A stretch of 64,000 nucleotides of DNA from a bacterium (GTDB lineage: Bacteria > Bacteroidota > Bacteroidia > Bacteroidales > Muribaculaceae): positions 2,798 to 66,797 of the forward strand of contig SFVH01000003.1 in the NCBI GenBank assembly GCA_004561555.1, read 5' to 3'. Position numbers and translations under genes: made by a program. Within the stretch, counting starts at the first letter, position 1, and every line of letters starts with the position of its first letter. Below the pieces are notes generated by a model, which made no database searches, had not been told where the DNA came from, and saw only the letters and a list, made by a program, of their open reading frames with translations. Below, piece after piece: positions 19,772-29,538 of this stretch.

Positions 19772-20536
19772 CTATTTAATAGAATTTTGTACACTTTGAA
19801 ACGATTTTAGAGCAAGATTATTACCATCCCACACGGCATAAGAGCAGTAGTGCAACCAATCGCCGAGCACCACGAGTGTTGCCCCTCCTTGCAATTTCTT
19901 ATCGAGCATAATATGGCGATGCCCGAACACGAAATAATCCACCTTATGAGATTTCAAATAATCGTTGGCAAAAATCTCCAAAAACTCATTTTCCTCACCT
20001 TTGTATTCCGGATATTCATCATCGCCTTTTCGGCTACTATTACTCCACGACAAAGCAAACGGGATGGTCCAACGAGGATGGATGGCTGAATACAACTTTT
20101 GACAGAAACGATTACGGAAAAGAGAGCGCAACATTCTAAAAGAACGAGGCTGTTTACCCACTCCATCTCCATGAGCGAGAAAAAATACCTTCCCATCAAT
20201 CTCTTTGGTTACTTCTCCATCAATCACTTCCACTCCGAGTTCGTTGGGCAGATAATCGAAAATCCAAATATCATGGTTGCCGATAAACCAATATACTTTC
20301 ACGCCCAAATCGGTGAGCTCAGCGATTTTTCCAAAAAAACGCGTAAACCCTCTGGGCACGACATAACGATATTCAAACCAATAATCGAGGATATCACCCA
20401 AGAGATACACCTCCTTGGCATCACCTTTAATAGAGTCGAGAAAATCCACCACACGCCTTTCCGTTTCTCTCGGCTCCTCAAAATAACGTGCACCGAGATG
20501 AAAATCAGATAAGAAATATGTGTTGGCTCGTGACAT
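19772..20536 (-). CDS. lpxH: UDP-2,3-diacylglucosamine diphosphatase
   Basis: 254 aa calcineurin-like phosphoesterase with YFLSDFHLG, LLGDILDYW, GNHD and GHRH. Confidence 0.85.
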   Translation of the reverse strand: MSRANTYFLSDFHLGARYFEEPRETERRVVDFLDSIKGDAKEVYLLGDILDYWFEYRYVVPRGFTRFFGKIAELTDLGVKVYWFIGNHDIWIFDYLPNELGVEVIDGEVTKEIDGKVFFLAHGDGVGKQPRSFRMLRSLFRNRFCQKLYSAIHPRWTIPFALSWSNSSRKGDDEYPEYKGEENEFLEIFANDYLKSHKVDYFVFGHRHIMLDKKLQGGATLVVLGDWLHYCSYAVWDGNNLALKSFQSVQNSIK

Positions 20537-20540
20537 AATC

Positions 20541-20861
20541 TTATAAGAATCCTAATTCGAGTTTAGCCTCTTCCGACATCATATCTTGATTCCATTCAGG
20601 CTCAAACACAATATTCACATCTACGCTTTTCACCCCTTCCACGCTCTCAAGCTTTATGCGCACATCTTCAACAATAAAATCGGCGGCAGGGCAATTGGGG
20701 GCGGTGAGCGTCATATCCACACGAAGAGCGCCATCATCACTAAGGTCGATAGCATAAATCAGCCCAAGGTCGTAGACGTTTACGGGAATCTCCGGGTCGT
20801 ATACAGTCTTGAGCATTTTCACTATTTTTTCCTCTATCAAGAGTTTTTCGTTTGCTTCCAT
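20541..20861 (-). CDS. DUF59 / Fe-S cluster assembly (SufT/PaaD-like) protein
   Basis: 106 aa with VYDPEIPVNVYDLGLIY and LTAPNCPA. Confidence 0.8.
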   Translation of the reverse strand: MEANEKLLIEEKIVKMLKTVYDPEIPVNVYDLGLIYAIDLSDDGALRVDMTLTAPNCPAADFIVEDVRIKLESVEGVKSVDVNIVFEPEWNQDMMSEEAKLELGFL

Positions 20862-20928
20862 AAGTGCAAAATTAATGGAAAATCCTCACAAAACCAACGA
20901 ATACACCTCATTATAATAGAATAATTAC

Positions 20929-20936
20929 TATTTTTG
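20929..20936 (+). promoter_or_regulatory. -7 box (TATTTTTG) for the PBP1A gene
   Basis: Matches TAnnTTTG, 40 nt upstream of ATG 20976. Confidence 0.45.
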
Positions 20937-20975
20937 CAAAGCAATTACGAACAACAAAACAAATTTTCAACATAG

Positions 20976-23354
20976 ATGCGAACAAAGCGAGTAAATAATC
21001 CACAAAAACAAAAGTTGGTGAACGGTGTGGTCACCGCCCTTTGGATTATCAACACATTAGGCATAATAGTTGTGATGCTGTTAGGATGGCTTATTTATAA
21101 AGCCTACATCGGTTATATGCCCCCTGTAGAAGATCTTATGAATCCCGTCGACCGCTATGCCACTCGCATTTTTTCTGCCGATGGCGAAGAGATGGGTCGC
21201 TACTATCAAAACAAGAATAATCGCGTATATGCCGACTACGATGAGATTTCGCCCAACGTGATAAATGCCTTGATAGCCACTGAAGACGAGCGATTTCTTG
21301 AACATTCGGGCATCGACCTCCAAGCTCTCTCACGCGTACTGGTAAAGACTATGCTTTTACGACAAAAAAATGCCGGTGGTGGCAGCACCATCACTCAGCA
21401 GCTTGCCAAACAGCTATATTCTCCGGAGAGCAACGGCTTATTCGACCGCGCTATGAAAAAGCCGGTAGAATGGGCTATTGCCGTAAAGCTTGAACGCTAC
21501 TACACAAAGGAGGAAATCATAAAGATGTATCTCAATCAGTTTGATTTCCTCAACAATGCCGTTGGCATCAAAACCGCCGCCTATGTGTATTTTGGAGCTA
21601 CCCCCGACTCTCTGAAAATCGAGCAAGCGGCAATGCTTGTCGGGATGGTTAAAAATCCGTCGCTCTACAATCCCATTCGTCACCCCGACCGCACGTTGCA
21701 ACGTCGCAACGTGGTGTTGTCGCAGATGTTGAAAGCCGAAATGATTTCTCAAGAGGAATATGACTCTCTGTCGGTATTACCCTTAGACATCAAGTTCCAC
21801 CGGGTGGACCATAAAGACGGTATTGCTCCTTATTTCCGTGAAGCCATTCGCTTGATGATGCAAGCAAAAAAACCCAACTACAACGATTATCCATCGTGGG
21901 ACAAACAGCGATATGTCGACGACTCCATACAGTGGGAAACCAACCCCCTCTATGGTTGGGTGGAGAAAAATCCCAAAAGCGATGGGTCAAAATATAACAT
22001 CTACACCGATGGATTACTTATCTACACATCCATCGATTCGCGCATGCAACGCTACGCAGAAGCAGCTGTAAAGGAGCACCTTATGGGCACGCTTCAGCCA
22101 CAGTTTGACCGCGAAAAGAAGGGCAAAGGTCCATACACCACCAACAGTGCCGAATTGGGGAATGTATCCGTCAAACAGCTCATAGACCGCGCTATTCGCC
22201 AAAGCGAGCGTTGGAGAGCTATGAAAGAAGGAGGATGCAGCGAAAGTGAAATTTATGCGGCTTTTGACAAGAAAACGGATATGCGGGTGTTCTCTTATCA
22301 AGGAGCTATCGACACCACTATGACTCCTCGCGACTCTATCCTTTATCAAAAGTCATACCTCCGTGCCGGATTTATGTCGATGGACCCGCAAACCGGACTC
22401 ATCAAAGCTTATGTGGGCGGACCAAACTTTGAGTTTTTCCAATATGATATGGCAGGGCAAGGACGCCGACAAATCGGTTCAACAGTGAAGCCGTTCCTTT
22501 ATGCCTATGCTTTTGAAGAAGGATACACCCCTTGCGACCAATTTCTCAATGCTCAACCCTCTATCACCTTGCCGACCGGGCAAGTATGGGAGCCTCGTAA
22601 TGCCGGACACGCTCGCGTGGGCGAGATGGTAGACCTTTATTGGGCTCTCACCAACTCCAACAACTGGATATCAGCTCGATTGATGAGTGAGCTGTCGCCG
22701 GCGGCATTGGTGCGCACAATGCACACCTTCGGCATCACCAACCATCTCGATGCAGTGATGTCGCTCTGTTTGGGTCCATGCGACGTGTCGGTGAGAGAGA
22801 TGGTTACAGCCTATACCGCTTTTGCCAATAAAGGACTTCGCGTCGACCCTATCTATGTGACCAAGATTTGCGACAACAACGGCAACGTAATTTCGGAATT
22901 TTCACCGCAATACACGGAGGTGCTTAGCGAAAGTGCTTATTTCAAAATGGTGAATATTCTCCAAAACGTAATCAATGCCGGTACGGGTAACCGCTTGCGA
23001 CGCCCTCCTTATAATATTACCGCACCGATGGGCGGAAAGACCGGTACAACCAACTACAACTCCGACGGTTGGTTTATGGCATTCACTCCCAAACTCGTGT
23101 CGGGAGCATGGGTTGGTGGCGAAGAGAGATACATCCACTTCAACAGCATGGCGCAAGGTCAAGGCGCTTCAATGGCATTGCCCATCTACGGATTGTTTAT
23201 AAAGAAGGTGTATGCCGACAAAACTCTGCCGTATTCGCAAAACGATAAATTTCCCGAGCCTCCGGAAGGATTTGAGCCTTGCTATAAGGAAGATATCGTC
23301 GGCGATGTTGTTGAAGAACAGCCCGTGGAAGCCGTCGAAAATGCATTCGAGTAA
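20976..23354 (+). CDS. mrcA: Class A penicillin-binding protein 1A (glycosyltransferase GT51 + transpeptidase)
   Basis: 792 aa with an N-terminal TM segment. GT51 motifs are ATEDERFLEHSGID and GGSTITQQLAK. Transpeptidase motifs are STVKP and KTGTT. Confidence 0.9.
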   Translation: MRTKRVNNPQKQKLVNGVVTALWIINTLGIIVVMLLGWLIYKAYIGYMPPVEDLMNPVDRYATRIFSADGEEMGRYYQNKNNRVYADYDEISPNVINALIATEDERFLEHSGIDLQALSRVLVKTMLLRQKNAGGGSTITQQLAKQLYSPESNGLFDRAMKKPVEWAIAVKLERYYTKEEIIKMYLNQFDFLNNAVGIKTAAYVYFGATPDSLKIEQAAMLVGMVKNPSLYNPIRHPDRTLQRRNVVLSQMLKAEMISQEEYDSLSVLPLDIKFHRVDHKDGIAPYFREAIRLMMQAKKPNYNDYPSWDKQRYVDDSIQWETNPLYGWVEKNPKSDGSKYNIYTDGLLIYTSIDSRMQRYAEAAVKEHLMGTLQPQFDREKKGKGPYTTNSAELGNVSVKQLIDRAIRQSERWRAMKEGGCSESEIYAAFDKKTDMRVFSYQGAIDTTMTPRDSILYQKSYLRAGFMSMDPQTGLIKAYVGGPNFEFFQYDMAGQGRRQIGSTVKPFLYAYAFEEGYTPCDQFLNAQPSITLPTGQVWEPRNAGHARVGEMVDLYWALTNSNNWISARLMSELSPAALVRTMHTFGITNHLDAVMSLCLGPCDVSVREMVTAYTAFANKGLRVDPIYVTKICDNNGNVISEFSPQYTEVLSESAYFKMVNILQNVINAGTGNRLRRPPYNITAPMGGKTGTTNYNSDGWFMAFTPKLVSGAWVGGEERYIHFNSMAQGQGASMALPIYGLFIKKVYADKTLPYSQNDKFPEPPEGFEPCYKEDIVGDVVEEQPVEAVENAFE

Positions 23355-23419
23355 ACAAATTCTTTTATCCAAATGATAAAAAGAATCGGTATTTTTACCG
23401 ATCTATAAGAATTTTTACC

Positions 23420-23427
23420 TACATTTG
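23420..23427 (+). promoter_or_regulatory. -7 box (TACATTTG)
   Basis: 72 nt upstream of ATG 23499. Confidence 0.45.
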
Positions 23428-23498
23428 CAGAAAAATTTCTCTAATTGTGAAATTTTTATTAGATAAGAACATTATTAATTCTTAATAAAAAAATCATT

Positions 23499-25367
23499 AT
23501 GAGTCGTAGTTTAAAAGTTAGGGATTTAACCCTCCGCGATGGACAACAGTCCTTGTTTGCTACTCGTATGAAACAAGAGAGCATCGACAAACTGCTCCCT
23601 CTCTACAAAGAAGCCGGTTTCTACGCTATGGAAGTGTGGGGCGGCGCAGTACCCGACTCGGTTATGCGCTATCTTGGCGAAGACCCATGGGTACGCCTAA
23701 AAACTATCAGTGACGCAATTGGCGGTGTTTCAAAACTCACTGCTCTTTCACGCGGTCGCAACCTCTTCGGTTACGTACCCTATCCCACGAGCGTGCTTGA
23801 AGGATTTTATAAAGAAGCCATCAAAAACGGACTTGGCATTATGCGTATCTTCGATGCGCTCAACGACCTCGACAATGTCAAAGAGTCTATCAAGCTCATT
23901 AACGATATGGGAGGCATCCCCGACGGTGCTGTCTGCTACACTGTTGACCCGAAGAATGAAGAGCCGGAACCGGAAAAATGCTTCTTTAAGCGTCTGTTTG
24001 GCAAAAAGCCTGTAGCTCCCGAACTGATTTTCACCGACGACTATTTTGTAGAAAAAGCCAAAGGTATGGAAGCCTATGGTGCAAAAATAATCACTCTCAA
24101 AGATATGGCAGGCTTGGTAAACCCGTTGCGTGCCGCATCATTGATTTCCAAACTCAAGGCAGCTGTTAAGGTACCTGTCGACTTCCACACCCACTGTACT
24201 CCCGGCTACGGCTTGGCATCGGTGGTAATGGCAATGCTCCATGGAGTGGATATCGTAGACACCAACATTTGGTATTTTGGCGGTGGCTCGGCAGCTCCCG
24301 CAATCGAGCTTATATATCTGTTTGCAAAACGTATGGATATCAAGGTAGAAGTGAATATGGAAGTGGTGGGAAAAATCCGCGAGCAACTCAAGACAGTGCG
24401 CACCGACCTTGCCGCATTCGACCTTCACAAAGGCGACTTCCCGAAAGACTTTGACCCATTGAAAGACAAGCTACCAGAAGACGTTGAAGCCCTCTTCGAC
24501 AATGCCGTGGCAGCGGCAAAAGCCGACGACGAAGCTACACTTCTCGACAACTGCCACGCTATTGAACAATACTTCAACTTCCCGAAACCCAACCTGTTGG
24601 TAAAAGAGGCTGAAGTGCCGGGCGGTATGTATTCAAATATGGTGGCTCAATTAAAATCACTCAATGCCGAAGATGTGCTCGACGATGCCATGCGCCTCAT
24701 CCCGAAGGTGCGTCGCGATGCCGGCTTGGTGCCATTGGTTACTCCAACCAGCCAGATTGTAGGTAGCCAGGCTGTGAGTCTCGCCATCGACCGCAAGAAA
24801 GGCAACGCCGACTACACCACCAAGAGCAATCAGTTTATTTCACTTATCAAGGGTGAATATGGACACACTCCGGTGGCTATCTCTCCGGAATTCCGCGAAC
24901 AAATCACCGGCGATGCTAACGAGCATCCCTATGATGTGTCGACATATAAAGAACCTGCAAATCCGGTACTTAAAGAATGTGGCGACAGCAAACTCGCCGT
25001 CAATAATCAAGAATACTTGCTTCTACAACTCCTTCCCACGGTGGCTAACGGATTTCTCAAAAAGCGTCGTGAAGAGGAATATGTAGCATCTATCCCGGAG
25101 CCCACTCCCGAAGAAAAGGCTCGTATGGAAGAGCTCGCCGCTCCAATCACCGGTCAGTGTGAACGCGCACCGATGGGTGGTAGAGTAATCGTCGTTAACG
25201 TCAAGAAAGGTGACAAAGTGAAGAAAGGCGACCTCCTCGTGGTTTATGAGGCTATGAAGATGGAAAACGAACTCGAAGCTGAACGCGATGCCGTAGTGAA
25301 GCGTGTATTCGTACAAGTAGACGATGTGGTGGGCACTGATGCTCCTCTCGTAGAATTTGAAGATTAA
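23499..25367 (+). CDS. Oxaloacetate decarboxylase alpha / pyruvate carboxylase subunit B-like biotin-dependent carboxyltransferase
   Basis: 622 aa. The N-terminus DLTLRDGQQSLFATRM is HMGL-like, and the C-terminal biotinyl domain carries EAMKMENE. Confidence 0.85.
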   Translation: MSRSLKVRDLTLRDGQQSLFATRMKQESIDKLLPLYKEAGFYAMEVWGGAVPDSVMRYLGEDPWVRLKTISDAIGGVSKLTALSRGRNLFGYVPYPTSVLEGFYKEAIKNGLGIMRIFDALNDLDNVKESIKLINDMGGIPDGAVCYTVDPKNEEPEPEKCFFKRLFGKKPVAPELIFTDDYFVEKAKGMEAYGAKIITLKDMAGLVNPLRAASLISKLKAAVKVPVDFHTHCTPGYGLASVVMAMLHGVDIVDTNIWYFGGGSAAPAIELIYLFAKRMDIKVEVNMEVVGKIREQLKTVRTDLAAFDLHKGDFPKDFDPLKDKLPEDVEALFDNAVAAAKADDEATLLDNCHAIEQYFNFPKPNLLVKEAEVPGGMYSNMVAQLKSLNAEDVLDDAMRLIPKVRRDAGLVPLVTPTSQIVGSQAVSLAIDRKKGNADYTTKSNQFISLIKGEYGHTPVAISPEFREQITGDANEHPYDVSTYKEPANPVLKECGDSKLAVNNQEYLLLQLLPTVANGFLKKRREEEYVASIPEPTPEEKARMEELAAPITGQCERAPMGGRVIVVNVKKGDKVKKGDLLVVYEAMKMENELEAERDAVVKRVFVQVDDVVGTDAPLVEFED

Positions 25368-25393
25368 TCATCAGATTATTCTCATACATATAA

Positions 25394-25428
25394 GGGGTTG
25401 CAATTGCTGTTGCAACCTCTTGTTTTTA
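25394..25428 (+). terminator. Intrinsic terminator after the carboxyltransferase gene
   Basis: GGGGTTGCAA-ttgctg-TTGCAACCTC (10 bp, one G-U) followed by TTGTTTTTA. Confidence 0.8.
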
Positions 25429-25468
25429 TCATACAAAACACGGCTTTTGATATTTCAATAAAAAGAAT

Positions 25469-25476
25469 TATATTTG
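25469..25476 (+). promoter_or_regulatory. Orphan -7 box (TATATTTG) with no downstream protein gene
   Basis: Perfect TAnnTTTG match. The next plus-strand element is the terminator at 25592..25646. Confidence 0.35.
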
Positions 25477-25591
25477 TGATATAAACAAATAAACATATAT
25501 AAAAATAAACCGATAACAAAATAACAGCGTTTACTATTTATTCGTATGTCCTGAAAACCTGAGAAATTTTCAAGTGAATTAAAAAAAGCGA

Positions 25592-25646
25592 ATAAGTCGT
25601 GTAAACGTCTGCGTCGATTTGGCGTAGACGGACTTATCTATTTTTT
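25592..25646 (+). terminator. Orphan intrinsic terminator (two-tier stem + T6)
   Basis: The outer pair is ATAAGTC/GACTTAT and the inner pair is CGTCTGCG/CGTAGACG (one G-U). The loop is tcgatttgg, with a 7-nt bulge on the 5' side, followed by CTATTTTTT. Confidence 0.6.
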
Positions 25647-25658
25647 AAGGCAGTCTCA

Positions 25659-25708
25659 GGGCCTCAGGACAAAGATAAGCGGTCTACGCCTTCTTTGTCT
25701 TGAGGCCC
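25659..25708. repeat. 17-bp perfect-plus-wobble inverted repeat (hairpin, no U-tract on either strand)
   Basis: GGGCCTCAGGACAAAGA - 16 nt - TCTTTGTCTTGAGGCCC. The loop (GATAAGCGGTCTACGCC) is itself an imperfect inverted copy of GGCGTAGACGGACTTATC at 25621..25638. Confidence 0.7.
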
Positions 25709-25867
25709 CAAAGCTACTGATACAGAGAATGATAGTTTGCGCCAAATCTTTCGCTGTATGAATTTCCACACTACTCCAAAGACTAATGTCAAACGCATAA
25801 CCGATATCCATATAGGCAAGATGATAGAGCAGATGCTCTTCCCCAAATTTTCTGAAGACGTGTTGAT

Positions 25868-25906
25868 AATACGGCTGCGACTAATGAAGTCGCAGCCGTA
25901 TTTTAA
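25868..25906 (+). terminator. 14-bp perfect hairpin with short T-run (plus strand)
   Basis: AATACGGCTGCGAC-taatgaa-GTCGCAGCCGTATT followed by TTAATTATTTA. Confidence 0.5.
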
Positions 25907-26027
25907 TTATTTATGATTATCTGTTTGCGTTAGTTTTCCGGATTTAAAAACTTCTTCGTCAAATCACTTTACTTATACAAGATTGTAATCGGTGATTACA
26001 GCCGATTAAAACACCTCAACAGTCTTA

Positions 26028-26900
26028 TTACAGATATTTATCCACACCTTTTTCGCAATATACGATGCAGTTGGTTTGACGCTGTTTCCAATAAATATCG
26101 TTTTGCTCAAAATTATCCATAAACTTATCCTCATGCCATAGATGAAATGCAATCCCTGCGAATTTCATATGTCGCTTCATGACCCCTAAAGCACGAATAC
26201 GGGAAAACAAGTCACTATCCTCACGTCCCCAGCCCTCAAAGTTTTCATCATAGCCGTTCACTTTCAAGAAATCGTCTTTCCAAAACGACATATTACACCC
26301 CAAAGCCATCTCCTTATTACGCCGATAGCGTGGCGCAAAAATGCCAGAAAGCACGGAAGAATGAATAGAGTTTTCCGCCCTTGAGATACCTTTTGTCCAA
26401 GGATATATGCGGCGACTCTTCGCTTCGCGGCAAATCTTCTCGGTGAGCTGTCTTTCGATATTACACCTACCACCTTTCAGATAATATCCCGGGCGAGAGA
26501 GTCGAATGTGGTCGGCTACAAACAAAGGATGCAGCATCACATCGCCATCAATCTGAATGATATATTGACCGGAAGCCTTCGCTACCGCCTTATTGCGCAT
26601 CATTGCCAATCGGAACCCTTTATCCTCGTGCCACACATGAATCAAGGGCACAGGCGACAGCTGTTGCATCCGCTCAATCAACTTTCGAGTGTCGCTGCGC
26701 GAACCATCATCGCCCACAATTATTTCATCAGGCAACACTTTCTGTTTAAACACACTGTCGAGACACACACTCAATGCGTCAGGCCGATTATAAGTAGAAA
26801 TAATCAGCGACACTCCAAACTGTTTTGCTTCTTGATTGCTCATAATTATTGCCAATTTATTTGAAGGCTTATTAAAAAATTTTCTTGTTTCAATAGGCAA
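26028..26900 (-). CDS. Family 2 glycosyltransferase
   Basis: VSLIISTYNRPDAL, GDDGS and an ED..D-type region, about 270-290 aa. The likely true start is MSNQEAK at 26843. Confidence 0.85.
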   Translation of the reverse strand: MPIETRKFFNKPSNKLAIIMSNQEAKQFGVSLIISTYNRPDALSVCLDSVFKQKVLPDEIIVGDDGSRSDTRKLIERMQQLSPVPLIHVWHEDKGFRLAMMRNKAVAKASGQYIIQIDGDVMLHPLFVADHIRLSRPGYYLKGGRCNIERQLTEKICREAKSRRIYPWTKGISRAENSIHSSVLSGIFAPRYRRNKEMALGCNMSFWKDDFLKVNGYDENFEGWGREDSDLFSRIRALGVMKRHMKFAGIAFHLWHEDKFMDNFEQNDIYWKQRQTNCIVYCEKGVDKYL

Positions 26901-26971
26901 AAATTTGCTAATAATTTCATTTCAGAAATAATTATTTACATAGACAATAAATATAGAACATATTCACTATG

Positions 26972-26979
26972 CAAATATA
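26972..26979 (-). promoter_or_regulatory. -7 box (TATATTTG) for the GT2 gene
   Basis: Forward caaatata, upstream of the minus-strand GT2 start. Confidence 0.4.
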
Positions 26980-27082
26980 ACAAATGTGTCGCAGAAATTG
27001 CAACACGGCAGAAGAAGAGTGTGTTTAAGCAATAAAAATTTAAAAACAAAGATATTTACTTTTTATTGCAGTCAACTTACAC

Positions 27083-27090
27083 TATCTTTG
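27083..27090 (+). promoter_or_regulatory. -7 box (TATCTTTG) for gmd-fcl
   Basis: 17 nt before ATG 27107 (short leader). Confidence 0.45.
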
Positions 27091-27106
27091 TAAAAAAAAT
27101 TGAGAA

Positions 27107-28198
27107 ATGGGTGAGAAGCAAAAAATTGCATTAATCACAGGCATCACGGGTCAAGACGGCTCGTTTCTTGCCGAGTTTTTATTAGATAAGGGTTATGAAG
27201 TACACGGCATTATTCGACGTAGCTCGTCGTTTAACACCGGGCGTATAGAACATTTATATTTTGACGAATGGGTGCGCGATATGAAGCGCCGTCGCCTCAT
27301 CAACCTTCATTATGGGGATATGACCGACTCTTCGTCGCTTATACGCATCATTCAAGAACTTCAGCCAGATGAAATCTACAACCTTGCAGCACAAAGTCAT
27401 GTAAAGGTGTCGTTTGAAGTGCCCGAATACACTGCCGACACCGACGCTGTGGGCACTCTCCGCCTGCTTGAGGCAGTGCGTATGCTCGGCTTGGGCGGCA
27501 AAACCCGCATCTATCAAGCGAGCACATCGGAGCTGTTCGGCAAGGTTCAAGAGATACCTCAACGCGAAACCACACCGTTCTATCCCCGCAGCCCTTACGG
27601 CTGTGCCAAACTCTATGGCTTCTGGATAACCAAAAACTATCGCGAGAGTTATGGGATGTATGCTGTCAACGGCATCCTGTTCAACCATGAGAGCGAACGT
27701 CGCGGAGAGACGTTTGTCACCCGAAAAATCACGCTTGCCGTGGCTCGCATTGCTGCCGGACTGCAAGATAAACTCTATTTGGGCAACCTCAACGCACGTC
27801 GCGACTGGGGGTATGCTCGCGACTATGTGGAATGTATGTGGCTGATGCTCCAACAAGACCGACCCGACGACTTTGTCATTGCTACCGGCGACGACCATTC
27901 GGTGCGCGACTTCACCGACCTGGCTTTTCGCAGAGCCGGCATCACCCTACGATGGGAAGGCGAAGGGGTAGATGAAAAAGGCATCGACATAGCTACCGGA
28001 CGTGTGCTCGTGGAAGTAGACCCCAAGTATTTCCGTCCTTGTGAAGTGGAGCAGCTGCTCGGTGACCCCACCAAAGCACGCACAGTGTTGGGTTGGAATC
28101 CTCGCAAAACGACATTTGAACAACTGGTAAACATTATGGTGGACCACGATATGGCAATGATTAAAAATCACCGCCACGATAGCGACCGCCTAATATGA
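27107..28198 (+). CDS. gmd: GDP-mannose 4,6-dehydratase
   Basis: 363 aa with [38 protein letters not shown] and [17 protein letters not shown]. Confidence 0.95.
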   Translation: MGEKQKIALITGITGQDGSFLAEFLLDKGYEVHGIIRRSSSFNTGRIEHLYFDEWVRDMKRRRLINLHYGDMTDSSSLIRIIQELQPDEIYNLAAQSHVKVSFEVPEYTADTDAVGTLRLLEAVRMLGLGGKTRIYQASTSELFGKVQEIPQRETTPFYPRSPYGCAKLYGFWITKNYRESYGMYAVNGILFNHESERRGETFVTRKITLAVARIAAGLQDKLYLGNLNARRDWGYARDYVECMWLMLQQDRPDDFVIATGDDHSVRDFTDLAFRRAGITLRWEGEGVDEKGIDIATGRVLVEVDPKYFRPCEVEQLLGDPTKARTVLGWNPRKTTFEQLVNIMVDHDMAMIKNHRHDSDRLI

Positions 28199-28210
28199 TA
28201 AATAAAAACG

Positions 28211-29284
28211 ATGGAAAAAACATCAAAAATCTATGTGGCAGGGCATCGCGGGCTTGTAGGCTCTGCTATTTGGAAAAATCTCACCGAGAAAGGCTACACC
28301 AACCTCGTGGGACGCACTCACAATCAGCTTGACCTGATGGATGCATCGGCAGTGAAACGCTTCTTCGACGAGGAGCGACCGGAATATGTGGTGCTTGCCG
28401 CCGCCTTTGTAGGTGGCATTATGGCAAACAGCATTTATCGCGCCGACTTCATCTACCGCAATCTCCAGATACAGCAAAATGTAATCGGAGAGAGTTTCCG
28501 CCATGGCGTAAAAAAGTTGTTATTTCTCGGGAGCACTTGCATCTACCCTCGCGAAGCACCGCAACCGATCCCGGAAAATGCCCTCCTCACCTCTCCTTTG
28601 GAATGGACCAATGAGCCATATGCTATCGCAAAAATTGCCGGCTTGAAGATGTGCGAAAGCTTTAATCTTCAATACGGCACCAACTACATCGCTGTGATGC
28701 CCACCAACCTCTACGGACCAAACGACAACTTCGACCTTGTGAGCAGCCATGTACTGCCGGCAATGATACGCAAAATGCACCTTGCGCGCCTACTGATGGA
28801 GGGCAAGCGCGAAGCCATACGCAAAGACTTGGCGGCACGACCTGTCGGTGATGTCAATGCCACCGCAAGCGATGAGGTTATTGATGCCACACTCTCCACC
28901 TACGGCATCACTACCAACACCCTGAAGCTATGGGGCTCCGGCAAGCCAATCCGCGAATTTCTTTGGAGCGAGGATATGGCAGATGCCTCTGTGTTTGTGA
29001 TGGAGAATATCGACTTCGACCGACTGCGAGGCTCTGACAAGGAAGTACGCAACTGCCACATCAACATCGGTAGCGGACGTGAAGTGACGATAGCCCAAGT
29101 GGCTGATATGGTAAAGACCGCCGTGGGCTACAAGGGAGAAATCCTTTGGGATGCCACCAAGCCCGACGGCACAATGCGCAAGCTAACGGATGTGAGCAAG
29201 CTCCACTCGTTGGGTTGGCGACATAAGATGGAGCTCGAAGACGGTATTGCCACCCTTTATGAATGGTATGTGAGCCATCAATAA
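28211..29284 (+). CDS. fcl: GDP-L-fucose synthase
   Basis: 357 aa with YVAGHRGLVGSA, FLGSTCIYP, YAIAKIAG and NLYGPNDNF. Confidence 0.95.
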   Translation: MEKTSKIYVAGHRGLVGSAIWKNLTEKGYTNLVGRTHNQLDLMDASAVKRFFDEERPEYVVLAAAFVGGIMANSIYRADFIYRNLQIQQNVIGESFRHGVKKLLFLGSTCIYPREAPQPIPENALLTSPLEWTNEPYAIAKIAGLKMCESFNLQYGTNYIAVMPTNLYGPNDNFDLVSSHVLPAMIRKMHLARLLMEGKREAIRKDLAARPVGDVNATASDEVIDATLSTYGITTNTLKLWGSGKPIREFLWSEDMADASVFVMENIDFDRLRGSDKEVRNCHINIGSGREVTIAQVADMVKTAVGYKGEILWDATKPDGTMRKLTDVSKLHSLGWRHKMELEDGIATLYEWYVSHQ

Positions 29285-29319
29285 CCTACGGCTCTTATTT
29301 TAATAGACATCAAACTCAT

Positions 29320-29352
29320 TACCCGATTTTCAACCGAATCGGGTATTTTTTT
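29320..29352 (+). terminator. Intrinsic terminator after fcl
   Basis: ACCCGATT-ttcaacc-GAATCGGGT followed by ATTTTTTT. Confidence 0.75.
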
Positions 29353-29419
29353 CAATAAAAGAGCCGAAGCATAATTCAAATGAAGAGCCAAATTAATTGT
29401 TAATAACAAACAATTAATG

Positions 29420-29427
29420 TACCTTTG
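29420..29427 (+). promoter_or_regulatory. -7 box (TACCTTTG) for the acetyltransferase-flippase pair
   Basis: Matches TAnnTTTG, upstream of 29476/29539. Confidence 0.45.
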
Positions 29428-29538
29428 CATTGCATATAGAAAACCGAAGCACAGAATGTTGCTCGGTGATTTTGTGTGTATTACCGGCTGAATTTTTGTG
29501 AATATGACAAGCTGATTAGAAAAACAATAAAAAGAAAT

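Noticed and set aside
25664-25846. 60-aa minus-strand ORF in the structured intergenic island
   Set aside because: It has a TTG start and spans the 17-bp inverted repeat. It has no motifs and is more likely a by-product of the repeat structure. The plus-strand 52-codon ORF is likewise regarded only as a possible remnant.
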